Counted from the first letter of the stretch, positions 44,590 through 59,620 are shown. The stretch: 64,000 bases of DNA from the human T2T-CHM13v2.0 reference genome, Homo sapiens (GCF_009914755.1 NC_060932.1); one strand, 5' to 3'. A program made the numbers and translations. The notes: generated from the sequence alone by a model not told the origin.

Positions 44590-45400
44590 TCACTGACTAT
44601 TGAAAATGTCTTTCTTGTAGAAGACCAATCCCTCCCTCTGTCAACCTTCACCTCTAGGTTTCTACTCCACTCCGGAAACACACAGACCCTGTCTGTTTCT
44701 CTTTTCATGTGATTTGAAAACAACTATGAAATCCCCATTTAATCTTCTCCGCCCTAGGCTAAACAGCCTGGTTCCTTCAACACTTCCCAGCCTAACATGA
44801 TTTTGAGCCCTTTCTTCATCCTGGTCATTCTTGTCTGGATGTGCTCCAGTTTGTCACTTAAAAATTGGCACCCAGACTGAAGGCAATAAATATTCCAGAT
44901 GTGGATGCGCCTGCAGAGCCAAGAGCAGGACTAAGCAAGCCCCATACACCACACACGTGCACATATACATTGTCGATACAACATTGTGTCAGCACCACTC
45001 CAGCCTGCACTCCTCCTCTGGAGCCTTGAAATTCTCAGCTCAGGCCGGGTTTGCAGTCAGCTAAATCCCAGCTGTCTTCATGGGAATGGCTGTTAATCCA
45101 GCAACCCCTCCTTTTCTTCAATCTTTTCCTTGAACTCAAAATATTGATTCCAGGTTTTAAATCTATCTTGTTAATTTGGCCTGATTATTGAAGGCCATCA
45201 GAACCTTTTGGAATCTTTATTTTGCTCCCTCAAATATTAGTTGTCTTTCTCAGTTCTGTCAGCTGCAAGTGTGAGAAGCAGGCCTTCTTTGTCTTCAAGT
45301 CATTGGTAAATGGTTAAAGAGAACCAGTCAGAACCCCAGGACACAGGAACATACTGTTAAAGACTTCCTTCTTATTAACGTGGCTCCATTAATCAGCTTC
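44590..45400 (-). mobile_element. L3/CR1 LINE relic
   Basis: ctaggctaaacagcctggttccttcaac...catcctggtc...ctggatgtgctccagtttgtca...ggcacccagactgaa...ttccagatgtgg...caagtcattg. Confidence 0.7.
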
Positions 45401-45499
45401 TTTTGCTGTGATGATTAGTCACTGTACGGAACTACAAGTCCACAATTCCTTATTTACAGTTCTAAAATTTTAAAATAAAGAAATTAAATTTAAAAACCC

Positions 45500-47244
45500 T
45501 CTCTTCAACAAAATACTGGAAAATCAAGCCAACAGCACATTTAAAGGGTTATATGTGATGACCAAGTGGGACTTATCCCAGGAATCCAAGAGTGGTTCAA
45601 CATATGAAAAATAATGTAACACATTACAAAAAAAGGGAAGAACATCTCAATTTTTGCAGAAAAATATTCAACAAAATCCAACACCTTTCTGTGATTAAAA
45701 TCTCTCAGAAAACTAGGAATAGAAGATAACTTTTGAAACATAATAAAGAGTGTTTATTTTTAAAAACCCACAGCTAATATCATATTCAATGGTGACAGAC
45801 TGAAAAACCTCCCTTCTAAGATCAGGATGCCTGTTTTAACCAGCATTATTCAGTATGGTACCGAAAGTTCTAGTCAGAGCAACTAGACAAAAAAAGAAAT
45901 AAAAGACATCCAAACTGGAAAGAAAGAAGTTAAATTATCTTTATTTGCAGATGAGACAATCCTATATATAGAAAAGTCCAAAGGATCTATAAAATAGCTG
46001 CTGAAGCTAATAAATTCAACAAAGCTGCAAAATATAATACCAACACATAGAAAAAAAGTTGTTTCTGTATACCAACAATGAACAATCTAAAAAGAACATG
46101 AAGAAAATAATTCCATTTATAATAGTGTAAGAATAAAATATCTAGTATAATTTAACCAAGGAGGAGAAGGGCTTGTATGCTAAAAATGATGAAACATTGA
46201 TGAAAGAAAGTAAAGACTTAAATACATGTGAATACATCTACGTTCATGGATTAGAAGATTTAATATCATTAAGATGGCAACACTACCAAGTGTTCTACAG
46301 ATTTAATACAATCCCTATCAAAATTCCAGGAATTTTTGTTTGTTTGTTTCATTGGTTGTTTTTGTTTTTGTTTGCAGCAATGGAAAAGCTGGTCCTCAAA
46401 TTCATGTACAATTCCAGGGAGCCCTGAATAGCCAAAACAATCTTTTAAAATGAAGAACAAAGTTGGAAGACTCACACTTCCCAATTTAAAAATTTATTAC
46501 AAAGCTATAGTAATCAAAACAGTGTGGTGCTGGCATAAATATAGGCATATAGACAAACGAAATAGAATTAAGAGTCTAGAAATAAACCCATACATCTATG
46601 CCAATTAATTTTTGATGAGTGCCAATTACAGTCAATGGGGAAGGAATAGTCTTTTCAACAGTTGAGACTGGCACCACTGTGATTTCCATGTGCAAAAGAG
46701 TGAAATTGGACCCCTGTCTCATGCCATATATAAAAGTTTACTCAAATGGGATCAACAACATAAATATAAGTACTAAACCCATAAACCTTTCAGAATAAAA
46801 CCTAAGAGTTAATCTTCATGATTTTGGACTTGACAAAAGAATTTTTAGATATGACAGCAAAAGTCTAAATGACAAAAGAAAAAATAGATAAATTGGCCTT
46901 TATCAAAATTAAGACATTTGTGTATCAAAGGATATTATCAAGAAAGTGAAATGACAAACTACAGAATGGGAGAAAATATTTGCAAGTCATACATATGATA
47001 AGGGTCTAGTCTCTAGAATATACAAAAACTCTTACAACTCAACAAGAACAAAAACAAACCCAATTAAAAAATGGGCAAAGGATTTGAATAAACATTTTTG
47101 AAAGAAGATACACAAATGGCCAAGAAGCATTAGTCATTAGAGAAATGCAAAGGAAAACCACAATGAGATACCACTTCACACCCACTAGGATGGCAATAAT
47201 AAATTTTAAAAAAAAACACATAAATAACAGGTGTTGGTGAGGAT
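45500..47244 (+). mobile_element. Old L1M ORF2 segment (decayed)
   Basis: gaccaagtgggacttatcccaggaat...tttgcagatga...aaaccacaatgagataccacttcacacccactaggatggc. Confidence 0.9.
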
Positions 47245-47935
47245 ACATACCTCTTGCCCCCACACATGCATAAGACCCCCCTATTATCAACATTCCCTCC
47301 AGACTGGTACATTTGTTATGACTGATGAACACATGACACATCATAATCAACCAAAATCCTTAGCTTACATAGGATTCACTCGTGGTGTTATGCATTCTTT
47401 GGGTTTGGGCAAATGTATGGTAACATGTATCTGCCATTATAGTATCATCCAGAGCATTTTCACTACCCCAAAATCCCCTGTGCTCTGCTTATTCATGGCT
47501 TCTCTCCCCCGCACCCTAAGTCCTGACCACTACTAATTTTTTTTACTGTCTCCATCGTTTTGTTGTTTCCAGAATGGCACATAGTTGGAGTGTCATACAG
47601 TGAATTTCATAAGTGAATTTCAGGCTGGCTTCTTTGACTTAGTAACATGCATTTGAGGTTCTGCCATATCTTTTTCTGGCTTAAAAACATATAGCTCATA
47701 TCTTTTTATCACTAAATAAAATTCAACTTTTCTGGATGTACCACACTTTATTTATTCATTCACCTACTGAAGGACATCTTGGTTATTTCTAAGTTTTGAC
47801 AAATAAAGCTGCTATAAACACCTGTGTGAAGGTTTTTGTGTGGACATACATGTTCACCTCCTTTGAGTAAATAGCAAGGAGTACAATTGCTAAATCATAT
47901 GATAAGAGTTTGTTAATTTTGTAATAAACTTCCAA
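47245..47935 (-). mobile_element. L1MC-like 3' region (part 1)
   Basis: ggtacatttgttatgactgatgaac...ttcacctactgaaggacatcttgg...aataaagctgctataaaca. Confidence 0.85.
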
Positions 47936-47939
47936 TCTT

Positions 47940-49274
47940 ACAAAAATACAAAGGATCATAAGAGACTACTATGAACAATTATACGCCAACAATTTGGATA
48001 ACTTTGAAGAAATGGATAAATTCCTAGGAGTGTACCACCTGGCAAGACCTAATCATAAAGAAATAAAAACATCTAATATCTAAGCAGACAAATAACATGT
48101 AAGGAGAATCAGTGATCAAAAACCTGCCAGCAAAGAAAATCCCCAAATTAATGGTTTCACAGGTGAGATCTATCAAGAATTTAATGAAGAATTAATGCTA
48201 ATCTTTCTCAAACTCTTCCAAAAAACTGAAGAGGAGGGGACACTTTCAAGCTAATTTTACAAGCCCAGCATTAAACTTACAACAAAGACAGATTATTACA
48301 CTGTAAGAAAAGAAAATTATAGGCTGATATCCTTGATGAACATAGATGCAAAAGTCCTCAACAAAGTACTAGCAAACCGAATTCAACAGCACATCAGAAA
48401 GATTATACACCATGATCCAGTGTGATTTATCCCTGGGATGCAAGTCTGGTTCAACAGATGAAAATCAATATATTTGACATACCACATTAACAGAATGAAG
48501 GATAAAAACTGTATGATCATCTCAACATACGCAGAAAAAACATTTGACACATTTTGGTATCGTTTTATGATAAAAGCTTTCAACAAATTAGGTATAGAAG
48601 AAATGTATCTCAACATAATGAAGGTCATATATGATAAGGCCATAGCTAACATCATACTCAACAGTGAGAAGCTAAAAGGACTTCTGCTAAGATGAGGAAT
48701 AAGACAAGTATGGCCACTCTTGCTACTACTATTCAGTATAGTACTGGATGTCCTACCTAGGTCAATCAGTCCAGAAAAAGAAATAAAAGGCATCTAAATT
48801 GAAAAGGAAGAAGTTAAATTGTTTTCTGTTTGTAGATGACATGATCCTGCATGTAGAAAACCCTAAAGATTCCACCAAAAATTGTTAGAAGTAATAAGCA
48901 AATTCAGTAAAATTGTACGATACAAAATTAAGACACAAAAATCAGCTGCATTTCTATACAGCAACAATAAACTACCTTCAAAATAGATTAAGAAAACAAT
49001 CCCATTTACAATAGTATGGAAAAAATAAAATACTTAGAAATAAATTTAACCAAGTAGGTGAAAGATTTATATACTAAAACCTATAAGACATTGATTAAAG
49101 AAATTGAAGAAGATACAAAATAAATGGAAATATATTCTGCGTTCAGGGATTCGAAGAATTAATATTAAAATGTTCACACTACCCAAAGCAATCTACAGAT
49201 TTATTGAATCCCTATCAAAAATTTGGTGACATTTTTCACAGGAATAGATAAAACAATCCTAAAATGCATATGCA

Positions 49275-49316
<42 letters not shown>

Positions 49317-49741
49317 GATGAGAAAGAAAAAACTGGAGGCCTCACACTTCTTGATTTTATACTACATTACAAAATTATAGTAATCAAAACTGTATGGTAC
49401 TGACATTAAAACAGACACATAAACAAATAGAACAGATTAAAGAGCTCAGAAATAAGTCCAGACATATATGGTCAACTAATCTTTACAAGTGCACCAAGCA
49501 TACACTATGGAGAAAGGACAGTTTCTTCAATAAATAGCACTGGGAAAACTGGATATCCATATCCATAGGTGCAAGAATAAAATTGGATCCTTGTCTTACA
49601 CCATACAAAAATTAATGCAAAATGCATTAGAGACTTAAATGTAAGATCTGAACCTATCAAATTTCTAGAAGAAAACAAAGGGGAAAAGCTTCTTGACATT
49701 GGTCTCAGCAGTAAATTTTGGATATGACACCAGAAGCACAG

Positions 49742-49786
<45 letters not shown>

Positions 49787-50863
49787 CAAACATAAACAAG
49801 GGGGTCTACATCAAACTAAAAAGCTTCTGCACACCAGAGGAAACAGTCAACAAAATTAAAAGCAACCTGCAATTGGAATAAAATATTTGCAAACCATAAA
49901 ACTGATAAGGGGTTATGTCCAAGTAGATAAGGAACTCACACAACTCAATAGCAAACAAAAACAAAACAAATAGCCCAATGCGAAAAATGGGCAAAGGATC
50001 TGAATAGATATTTTTCTGAAGACATACATCTAGACAAAAGGAATATGAAAAGATGCTTAACATCACTAATCAATCAGGAAATGCAAATCAAAATCATAAT
50101 GAGGCATCACCTCATATGTATTAGGATAGCTATGTGAAGAAGGCTGTAGATAAGTATTGGCAAAAGAATGCAGAAAAGAGAGCAGAGAGCCCTTATACAC
50201 TGTTAGTGGGAATGTAAATTGGTACTATGGAAAACATCATGGAGATTCCAAGCACTCCCGTATTAATTGCAGTGTTACTCACAATACTCAAGATATGGAA
50301 ACAACCTAAGTGCTCATCAATGGATGAATGGATAAAGAAAGTGTGGTATGTATACACAATAGGATACTAGTCAGTCTTTAAAAAGAAGGAAATTCTGCTA
50401 TTTGCAACGACATGGATGAACCTGGAGGACATTATGCTAAGTGAAATAGGTCAGACACAGAAAGACAAATACTGTATGATCTCATTTATCTATGAAATCT
50501 AAAAAAAGTTGAACTTATAGAAGCAGAGAGTGGGATGGTGGTTGCCAGAAGTTGGAGGTGGGAAAAACGGGGAGATATTGGTCAAAGATTACAAACTTTT
50601 GGTTATAAGAGGAATAAGTTCTGAGGATCGAATGTACAGCATTGTGACTATGGTTAGTAACTATATTGTTTACTTGAAATTTGATAAGAGAGCAGATTTT
50701 AAGTGTCTTCACCACGCACACACACACAGTAACTGTGGGTGGTGATGGATGCAGTAATTGATTGTGGTACTCATACACGATGTATATGGATATCAAATCA
50801 CCATATTATACAACTTGAATATATAATTTTGTATGTCAATTAAATATTTTAAAATTAAAAAAA
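47940..50863 (+). mobile_element. L1MA8/9-like element nested in the L1MC
   Basis: Decayed ORF2 plus 3'UTR (ggtcaaag...aataagttctgaggatc...tcaattaaatatttt); contains (CA)18 and an A42 tract at 49744-49785. Confidence 0.88.
49277..49312. repeat. (CA)18 microsatellite
   Basis: 36 nt of perfect CA repeat. Confidence 0.97.
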
Positions 50864-50865
50864 TA

Positions 50866-52470
50866 GAAACTGTTAAACTGCCTTCCAAAGTGGTTGTATT
50901 ATGTTGCATTCCCACCAGCAATGAATGAGGGTTCCTGCTCTTCCACATCCTCATCAGCATTTGGTGTCATTGTTCCAGATTTTTGCCATTCTAATAGGTG
51001 TGTAATGATATATTGTTATTTTAATTTGTATTTCTCTGATGACAAATAATGTGTAGCATCTTTTCATATGTTTATGTGCCATGTGTATATCTGTGGCTTG
51101 TCTTCTCTTTCTCTTGACATTGCCTTTTGGAGAGAAGTTTTAAGTTACTCAATTCTTTCATAGATTGTGCCTTTGGTTTTGTATCTAGAAATCCATCACC
51201 ATATCCAAGGTCATATAGGTTTTCTCCTATGTTAGCTTCTAGTTTTATAGGTTTGCATTTTACATATAGGGCTATGATCCACGAGTTACTTTATGTGAAA
51301 GGTGTAAGATCTGTTTCTAGATTCATTGTTTTGCATGTGGATGTCCAGTTGTTCCAACATCATTTGTGAAAAGACTCTTGGCTTCATTGTATTGCTTTTG
51401 CTCTTTTGTCAAAGACCAGTTGGCTAATTATGTGAGTCTATTTTTGGGATCTCTATTCTGTTCCATTGATTTATTTGTCTGTTCTTTTGCCAATACCATG
51501 CTGCCTTGATTAGTGTAGCTTTATGGTAAGTCTTGATTAGTGTAACTTTATGGTAAGTCTTAATATCAGCTAGTGTTGGTCCTCTAAATTTTGTTCTTCC
51601 CTTTCAATATTGTGTTGTTTATTCTAGGTCTTTTACCTCTTCATATAAACTTTAGAATCAGTTTGTAAATATTCACAAAATAACTTCCTTGGATTTTGAT
51701 TGGGATTGCATTGGATCTGCAGATCAAATTGGGAAGGCCTCACATCTTGACAATATTGAGTCTTCCTGTCCATGAACATGGAATATCTTTTCATTTGCTT
51801 AGTTCTTTAATTTTGTTCATTGGAGTTATGTAGGTTTTTTCATATATATCTTAATATATTTTGTTAGATTTATACCCAAGTATTTCATTTTGTAGGGTGC
51901 TAATGTAAATGATATTGTGTTTTTCATTTCAAATTCCACTTGTTTCTTGCTGGCATATAAGAAAGGAATTGACTTTTGCATGTATGTTAACTTTGTATTC
52001 TGCAGCTCTGCAATAATTGCTTATTAGTTCCAGGATTTTTTTTTTTCATTTTTAAGATATGGGATTTCACAATGTTGCCCAGGCTGATGTGCAGCGGCTT
52101 TTTCCAGATGCAATCATACTGCACTACAGCCTTGAACTCCTGGCCTCAAGTGATCTTTCCACCTCACCCTCTTGGGTAGCTGGGACTACAGACACACACC
52201 ACCATATTTGACTTTAGTTCTAAGAGTCTTTTGTCAGTCCTTTTGGGTTTTTACATAGACAATCATGCCATCTGTGAATAAAGACAGTTTTATTTTTCCT
52301 TCCCTATCTGTATACCTTTCATTTCCTTTTCTTATATTATTGCATTAGCTAGAAATTCCAGTACAATGTTGAAAAGGAATGGTGAGAGAAAAATCCGTGC
52401 CTTGTTACTGATTTCAGTGAGAAAACTTCGAATTTCTTGTCATTCAGTGTGATGTTAGCTGTAGGTTTTT
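50866..52470 (-). mobile_element. L1MC-like element (part 2, continues part 1)
   Basis: ttccaaagtggttgta...cattcccaccagcaatgaatgag...gatgttagctgtagg; 27-bp tandem duplication at 51505-51558. Confidence 0.88.
52037..52212 (-). mobile_element. FAM (fossil Alu monomer)
   Basis: tgttgcccaggctgatgtgcagcggctttttccagatgcaatcatactgcactacagcc retains the 7SL-like segment lost in FLAM/FRAM; degenerate TSD ttagttc. Confidence 0.7.
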
Positions 52471-52648
52471 GTATCATGCTGTTTTCATTATCTTGTGAGC
52501 TCTTAACCAGGGCTCCATAACCCCAGGTGAATCCCCTGAAACTTAGATTTCTGGGGAGGATAGTTCTATTGCTTGCAATAGGTTTTCAAATGCCATGTTA
52601 ACTCAAAAAAAAAAAAAAATCACATACATTGTAAAATAGAATAACAGA

Positions 52649-52988
<340 letters not shown>

Positions 52989-54789
52989 TTAATTACCAAG
53001 AATTTTTGGTCTTCATTTTTGGAAGTAATGGCAAATGCCAAGTGAACAAATTCATACTAAGTTTTCATTCCAAAAAGCAGCACACCCGACTCTGCTTTTT
53101 CACCTTGTGTGCCAGCATCACAGCAGGGAGCGTTAGTAAGCATACGTGATCATCAGCTGGAGCATCCTGGACCCCTGGCTCTAGGTGTTTCAGGTTGAGA
53201 TTTTGTTATCCAAATAATACTTAAAATAGTCACATTTTTAAAAAAAAGAATAAGTGAGGCCAGTATGAACGCTGGTTGCTAAGTCTCCTCTACAAGGTGT
53301 AATTGGATATTTATCAATTTCATACTTCTGAGAATCATGGGGAATAGGAGCTGAGGAAAGCTACATTCATAGGAATGTAGACATCCATTTTCAAGGGGTA
53401 ATGGGATTTACATAGCTTTTGGCTCTAAATATCCCCATTTCAATGTATTTGAATATAGATATTCCCAAGTTTCTTGTGCTGATGAAATGAATGTTCTAGA
53501 AGCCTGTTGTATATTCATTGCTTGTCACGAGTGATTGTACCCTCTAGATCTACTAAGATACCTGTGTAGTGAAAGAAAGGCTCAGGGGATTCCAGTAGAT
53601 TAGCCCCAAGCTCTGTAATAATACTCTTTTCAAAAAGTCTTTTTGGCCATAGCTAGGTACATAAAATAGCTTTTTCTATCCTGTTGACTATAATCCCAAG
53701 GCTTTGGGAATTTTACTTTTACAACATGAAGAGAACAGTTAGTTACAACTTATGCAAGCGATCCAGCAAACCAAAATAAGAACAAAAACTCAGGCTCCAT
53801 TTTTGTTTCATTAAAGTTAATAAAAACATTTCTTTATCTCTTTGTTCCCCCTTCAAACAACAACAACAACAATTAAACCAGGTAACCTCCTTACTGGAGT
53901 GTCACTGACATTGAAAGAAGTAGGATTATTTGTTGCAGATCTGATCCTCCAGGGAGTCTTGTCTAAACCTTATTAAGAGAAAACCATGATTATGAAGGAT
54001 TATCCAACAAATTTGAAGGAGGGTTTTTTACTCATGTAAAATAAGGTTATTTTATCCTTGTCCATGACCTTTCATATGGCCTAAATACAAGAGGTCAGTG
54101 AACAAAAAGGTCATTATTCTTCAGAATCCAAACATGCAGGTTCTGGTTTTCTGGCTGAGATGCTAGTAAGTAAAATGAAAAGTCTTCCTTAGAACCACAG
54201 GCTTGATCTCCACCAGTGACCGTTGACAGTGTTCTCTTGCCCTTTGTGGGTGCCTCAAGACCTTGTCAACAGGCAGAGCTGCTGGGCATCGATTCACCAA
54301 TAGTAATTTAGTAGCTAACATGGGCAGACTTATTAGGGGTTGTCAGAAACTAGAATAATTACCACACGCAAATCTAAACCATCTGGCCCATAACAAAGTA
54401 TGTTCTTCCATAGGTTTTATCTTGCTTTTTCAGTAATAAATTATTCTATCACATTCCCAATAAAGTGCTGGAGAGAAAAGGTCAGGTGACCCTAAAGTCT
54501 CTGATTTAATTCAGTCTCTGCAGCTCCACATTTTATCACCATCTCAAAAGCAGAGGAGCAGTTCTTTCTTTTCCTATTGGCCTGACAATCAGGAATGCTA
54601 CTAGCTGAGTTATAGGAATGGTGGAAGCATTAGTCAAGCCCTGTTCACATGGGCAGGTGGCAGGAAGGAGAATAGGTGGTGTAGGTAGTCCAGAAGAGTG
54701 GTTCCTAAACTTGACTTATTACCAGAATCACATAAAGAACTTTTTAAAACACAAATTCTTGAGCCTCAGAGCATGTACTTCAGTGAGTG

Positions 54790-55230
54790 TAGAGATTAGT
54801 TTTTGCTAAGGTAACATACCACCTGAACATTTCAGTGACTCACACAAACATGTGTGCTCATGTTTCATGAGAGCTGTGAGTCTGCTGCAGCTCTGTTGGG
54901 CTTGCCTGGGCTTGACCTAGAAGCATGTGTATTCTCACTCCAGAAGCCAGGCTAAAGGAATATCCAGTAACTAGGGCATGCCATTCTCATAACTGAGGGA
55001 AGAAGCTCAAAGGGATGCCAAGAAAAACCATGCCAACACATCTAGGGTTTCTACATTGGTGTGGCATGCATCATGTCCACTTATAATTCGTTGACTAAGG
55101 CAAACCTGTGGCCATGCCAATGTTTATGAGGTGAGGACTAAACTACCTAAAGGAAAGCATGGCACATATGGCAATTCCTCGTGTAGCCAGGGAGACAAAT
55201 GATTGTGAACAAGTAATACAGCAATTACAC
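54790..55230 (-). mobile_element. MLT1-type LTR, apparently inside a MER5A-like element (about 54697-55275)
   Basis: tgctaaggtaaca...tttcagtgact...ttcgttgactaaggcaaacctgtggcca; flanks agtggttcctaaactt...cagaatcac and ttttaagagcttcctagaagattct. Confidence 0.55.
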
Positions 55231-55469
55231 TTAAGAATATATCATTTTAAGAGCTTCCTAGAAGATTCTCATGAGTCCTTCATCCCTGCTATTTCCTGGA
55301 AAAGTCATCTTCCTTTATGCACCTGCTGTGACAACCGAGCCTCCATTGGTATAGACTCTTCAGCAGACAGGTTGAACTAAGTAATTGGTTAGTGCAGCTC
55401 AAACTCTCATTCCATCAACAGACATGTCTATCCAATGCATGATGAAGTCTGATGCTTCTGTAAGTCTTA

Positions 55470-55670
55470 GCAGTTTGTGCAAAGTACATTTATATCCTTA
55501 ATCTCATGTCATCTTCATAGCTATCTTATTCAATAGCTATTGTTATTCCCATTTTGAAAATGTCAAAACTGAGCCTTGGGGAGATTAAATGCTTTGATGG
55601 CAACACATATAGAAAAGAGTGGAGCTGGCTTGATTACTTACTTGTCCAAGTCCAGACCTCCTTATTCTAC
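55470..55670 (-). mobile_element. MIR SINE
   Basis: tattgttattcccattttgaaaatgtcaaaactgagccttggggagattaaat. Confidence 0.7.
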
Positions 55671-57594
55671 AATGAATGTCCTGAAAGCCAATCCTTGGTA
55701 TTGCCATCACTTCTTCTCTGAGGTACATTTACACAGATATGGGGATCTGTAACATAAATTTTAACTAATTTACTTATTTGGCAAACGTTTTTTAAGTGCT
55801 TACCACATTCCAGGCACTATTATAGGCACCAGGGAAGTAACACAAACAAAACTGATAAAAGATTATAAGCAGGGGCTTATAATCTAGCCAAGAGAGATGA
55901 ATGTTAAACAAGTAAACAAGTAAACTCATGTTAAATGGCCACAGTTGGAACATATGCCAGGTGAGGACAGTGCAATAAAGGAAAATGACAGATTTTTGGC
56001 ATGGTCAGAGTCAGCCATAGCTAGATATTACAAGAAGCAAATCCTTTTAAATAAATGAAGAAAGAATTATTAAACTGTTTTGGTTCTCAGACTTCATCAG
56101 AGGATGAAATATTTCTAGAACATCCTTTAAATTACTCCCATGCTGCAAATATAAACAATAAACTCACACTGAATTTGATGGGATAAATCACGGTCTTTTT
56201 TGACAGGTCAATTACTAAAATCCAATCTTATTAAAATGATACATGTGGCCATTTCAGATTCTTTAGTTATTAGTAATAGTAAAAGTAAATTAAAATGAGC
56301 ACATTTTTCTTCATCTGTAATGTTAGCTGATAATCTGGAAGGAACATCATTGGCTGCATTGCAACTGAACCTCGGAATTAAGAGCACCTATTACAATGAT
56401 GAACAGGTATCCTAAAGTATCTTGGTTTTAATGAAGAAAATTCCCATAATCAGTATATTCCCTACCTGTGTATTTCTGTTGAAATTTCTCTTCCCTTGAG
56501 GAAAACTGAGGAAAGACCTTACTGTTGGAATCTCCTCTTATTCACTCATATAACAAATACAATTTGAGCAGCTATTATATGCCAGGCACCTTTCTAAGAA
56601 CAAGGCATACAACAATAAACAAAACAGACAAAAATTTCTTGCTCTTACGGAGCTAATCGTCCAGCTGGATGAAGACAGATTATTAACAAAATTATTTGCT
56701 TGTTTGATGGAGGTTCGTGGGATCTTAGGACGAAAAGTCCAGATGGGCCCTTGCCCTCAATCCCTGAGGCCATGCAGACAGGAAGCAGCTCAGTGTTTCA
56801 GCACAGTTGTTACCACCTTGTTACCACCGACACAGTTGTTAGGTGTGGGCCCTGGGTACGTCCCTCACTGGCAAGTTGGTTGAGAGATGTTGTACTTTAA
56901 GCCTTCTGGCTCCAACTTGGATCATCTGTCAGGCAGTATTTCTGTCTAAACTCTCAAATGTGGTTATGGGCCATCTAAAGGGAGTGCGACACGATCAATC
57001 GTTGCAGAATAATTTGTTTGAAGAGGCATCATGGGCCACAGCTGGAAAGGAGCACATTAGGAGTGACAGGATCTTGGCAGTGACAGAATCTGAGACTTTG
57101 CGTCTTGCTTTTCAACCAAACCAAGGGGGATGGCTGGGCATTCATTAGGAAGAAACAGCCTTCCCCATTTCAAGACTCTCTCATGACATCAACACCACCA
57201 GCTCTCATCCAAAGACTGAAAAGGGAAGCCCCAAGGTTTCAGTTGATCAAAAGTAGGCTTGATCGACTTTCATTACAGAAGTAAAATTTATTTTGTGAGT
57301 CCAAAAATGATATAATAAAATCATTACTAATTTGGGTGTTTACTTTATGAGTAGCTTCAAGCATTCAATAAAGAAAAAACAAACGGAAGAAAATTCCTAT
57401 AGGCACCTTTTGATAAAAGTCAACAAACTTTAACCAAGAGCTTGTTCTGTATATTATGTGCCTGAAGTCCAGCCATTAACTCAGCGAAAAAATAATAATG
57501 AGGAGGTTGGGGAATTGTCTTAGCAGCTGGTAATTTTACACTGCAGGCGAAAGGATCTTAATATCTGGAACATCTGTGATATTCAATTGGACAC

Positions 57595-57810
57595 AATTAT
57601 CAAATGCCTACTTTGTGCCATGCACCATGCCAAGACCTTTGCATGCCTAACCTTTCTGCCTCTCCGTAACCTTATGAATTAGTGCTGTCATGACATTTGA
57701 CATCTAAGAAACTGAGATTCAGAGAATGTAAGTAACTTGCCCAAGGTCAGAGCTGAGATTCAAGTCTGGGTCTGTCTGGCTCCAAAACCAATGTGCTCTT
57801 TTCACTGTTT
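57595..57810 (-). mobile_element. MIR SINE
   Basis: tgcctactttgtgcca...aagaaactgagattcagagaatgtaagtaacttgcccaaggtca...gtctggctccaaa. Confidence 0.85.
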
Positions 57811-59543
57811 CTAACTGACGAAAGTCCTGTTTTTGACTTGCAGCAGCAAAGACCAAGAACCTAGCCACACTCCCTCCTGAGACAGTTCTTTATTAAAGAC
57901 CAACAGCTAATGATAACACGCCGAGGGTGGGATTTCAGAGGAATTTCACTCTCTTTATCAAATACGACACAATATTTTACTTTTAAAAATAAAGGGTGTA
58001 TACTTCTTTTGTAATATAAGAGCATAACTTGTATTTCATAGTTGTAGAGCAAAGTTCAGTGCCCTGAAATCTACTCATTGTCTTTCCTGTCCTTTGACCT
58101 TTCTCTTTCTGATGCTATCTTATCTAGGTTCAAGGAAACCCATGCATTGTTGTGAAGTGGTCTAATCTCTAAGGAATCAGCGGCTAAGGAAGACTTGGAT
58201 TGCAAATGACAATTTATGTTCAAAATCTTCAGAAAGGGGCCACATTGAGAGGTTGAGAGGCTTCTCTTCCTGGAGGCCTTGGGAGAAGAAAGGACAAACA
58301 TATATCCTGGTAATTCAGGAATTCCCCCAAGGGGCTGGATCAAATGATCCCTTATCTGCAAAGTGGAGATAACATTTCAAGTCCTAGGCATGGTGTGAGG
58401 ATTAAATAAAATAAGCCATATAGAATAACCAATGTTATGCCTGACAATAGTTGGAGCTCAACTGATGCTACTTCCTGGTCATCAACCAATGAGACCAAAT
58501 GATATCCAAGAAGTCATTTCTAATGGAAAAGATCATTTTAATATAGAGCCATTTATCCTCACCCAGTTGTGTGGCTCAAAATTGCTTCAAATTGAATTTG
58601 ATTTTAAACTTAATGTTCTTGGGTTAAAAGTTCACACAAACTAAAAGAGGCCAAAGAGGAAACAGAGCAGGGCGTTTTATTACCTGCTTGTCTTTGTCTT
58701 GCAGATGGGCCTTGAAATTGCTTGGTTCTAATCCCAATTTCCAAGACTTTGTCATTTACTAAACACTCGGAAATTTCACTGGTGTAGGATTATTCTTTGT
58801 GTGAAAAACCTCAAAGCAAAAACAGTTCATATTTCCAAATAGAGACCCCACTAGTAGTCAAGACAACACTTTGGATCATACCAATTAGTTATTTACTTAA
58901 AGTTCCACATCTTCTTTCTATGACTATAGATAGTCTCTGGGGAGCATGACTTGTTTTTTCCTTATGGTTATTATATTAGGTTACTCCAGTTAACGCACTA
59001 CATCAGGAATGTTCCACTTGCTAAAGTTTTTGAGGATTTCTTCAATTCACTAACATATTCATCAGCTAAATGTGAAATCCTCTAGAGAGCTTTTGTCTTT
59101 CCCTTTCATATTCCTCCCTCAGCTCTGAAGTGAAAATATAGGCTCGATAAATAATAGCACTGTCACCTTCTTTGGGGATACCTGTAACTTTGCCAGAGAG
59201 GGGCTGAGGGCTTATGTAGTTGAGCTTGACTTCTGAATATCTGTACGGCTCACAAAGGAACCATTCTGAGACAGCTTGCCCATCTGTGTGCATTTTCTCT
59301 GAAAACAAAAGGATCAAGAGATGAAAGAGGAGAGGATGGAGGAAAAGAGAAGGCTCAGAGGTGAGAAAGAAAGACATGGAGACAGGACAGACAGAGTATC
59401 CCACACTCTGGAACTCCTCCTGGTATGATATTGAATGGAATTGCTCCTGGCTTTACCTGGTGAATGATATCCTTCCCAAGCCCATGAATAATCTGACAGG
59501 GATCAAAATTGCCTCTGAGTAGCAGAGGCCCCAGATTACTCAC

Positions 59544-59620
59544 ACAACATTCAGGTATGCAAAGGAAATTAGCTACTTTATTTCTTTATACTTGATCTAA
59601 TTTTTTAATGAGCCTTCCAC
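59544..59620 (-). other. Candidate 77-nt non-coding exon
   Basis: Minus strand tttttttttcttcctccccaaacag|GTGGAAGG...ATGTTGT|gtgagt; stops in all frames. Confidence 0.4.

Noticed and set aside
49744-49785. A42 tract as the tail of a retrocopy
   Set aside because: L1 sequence is continuous on both sides; most simply an expanded internal A-run
54479-54492. aggtca-gg-tgaccc as an estrogen response element
   Set aside because: Spacer is 2 nt rather than 3; an isolated motif is not informative
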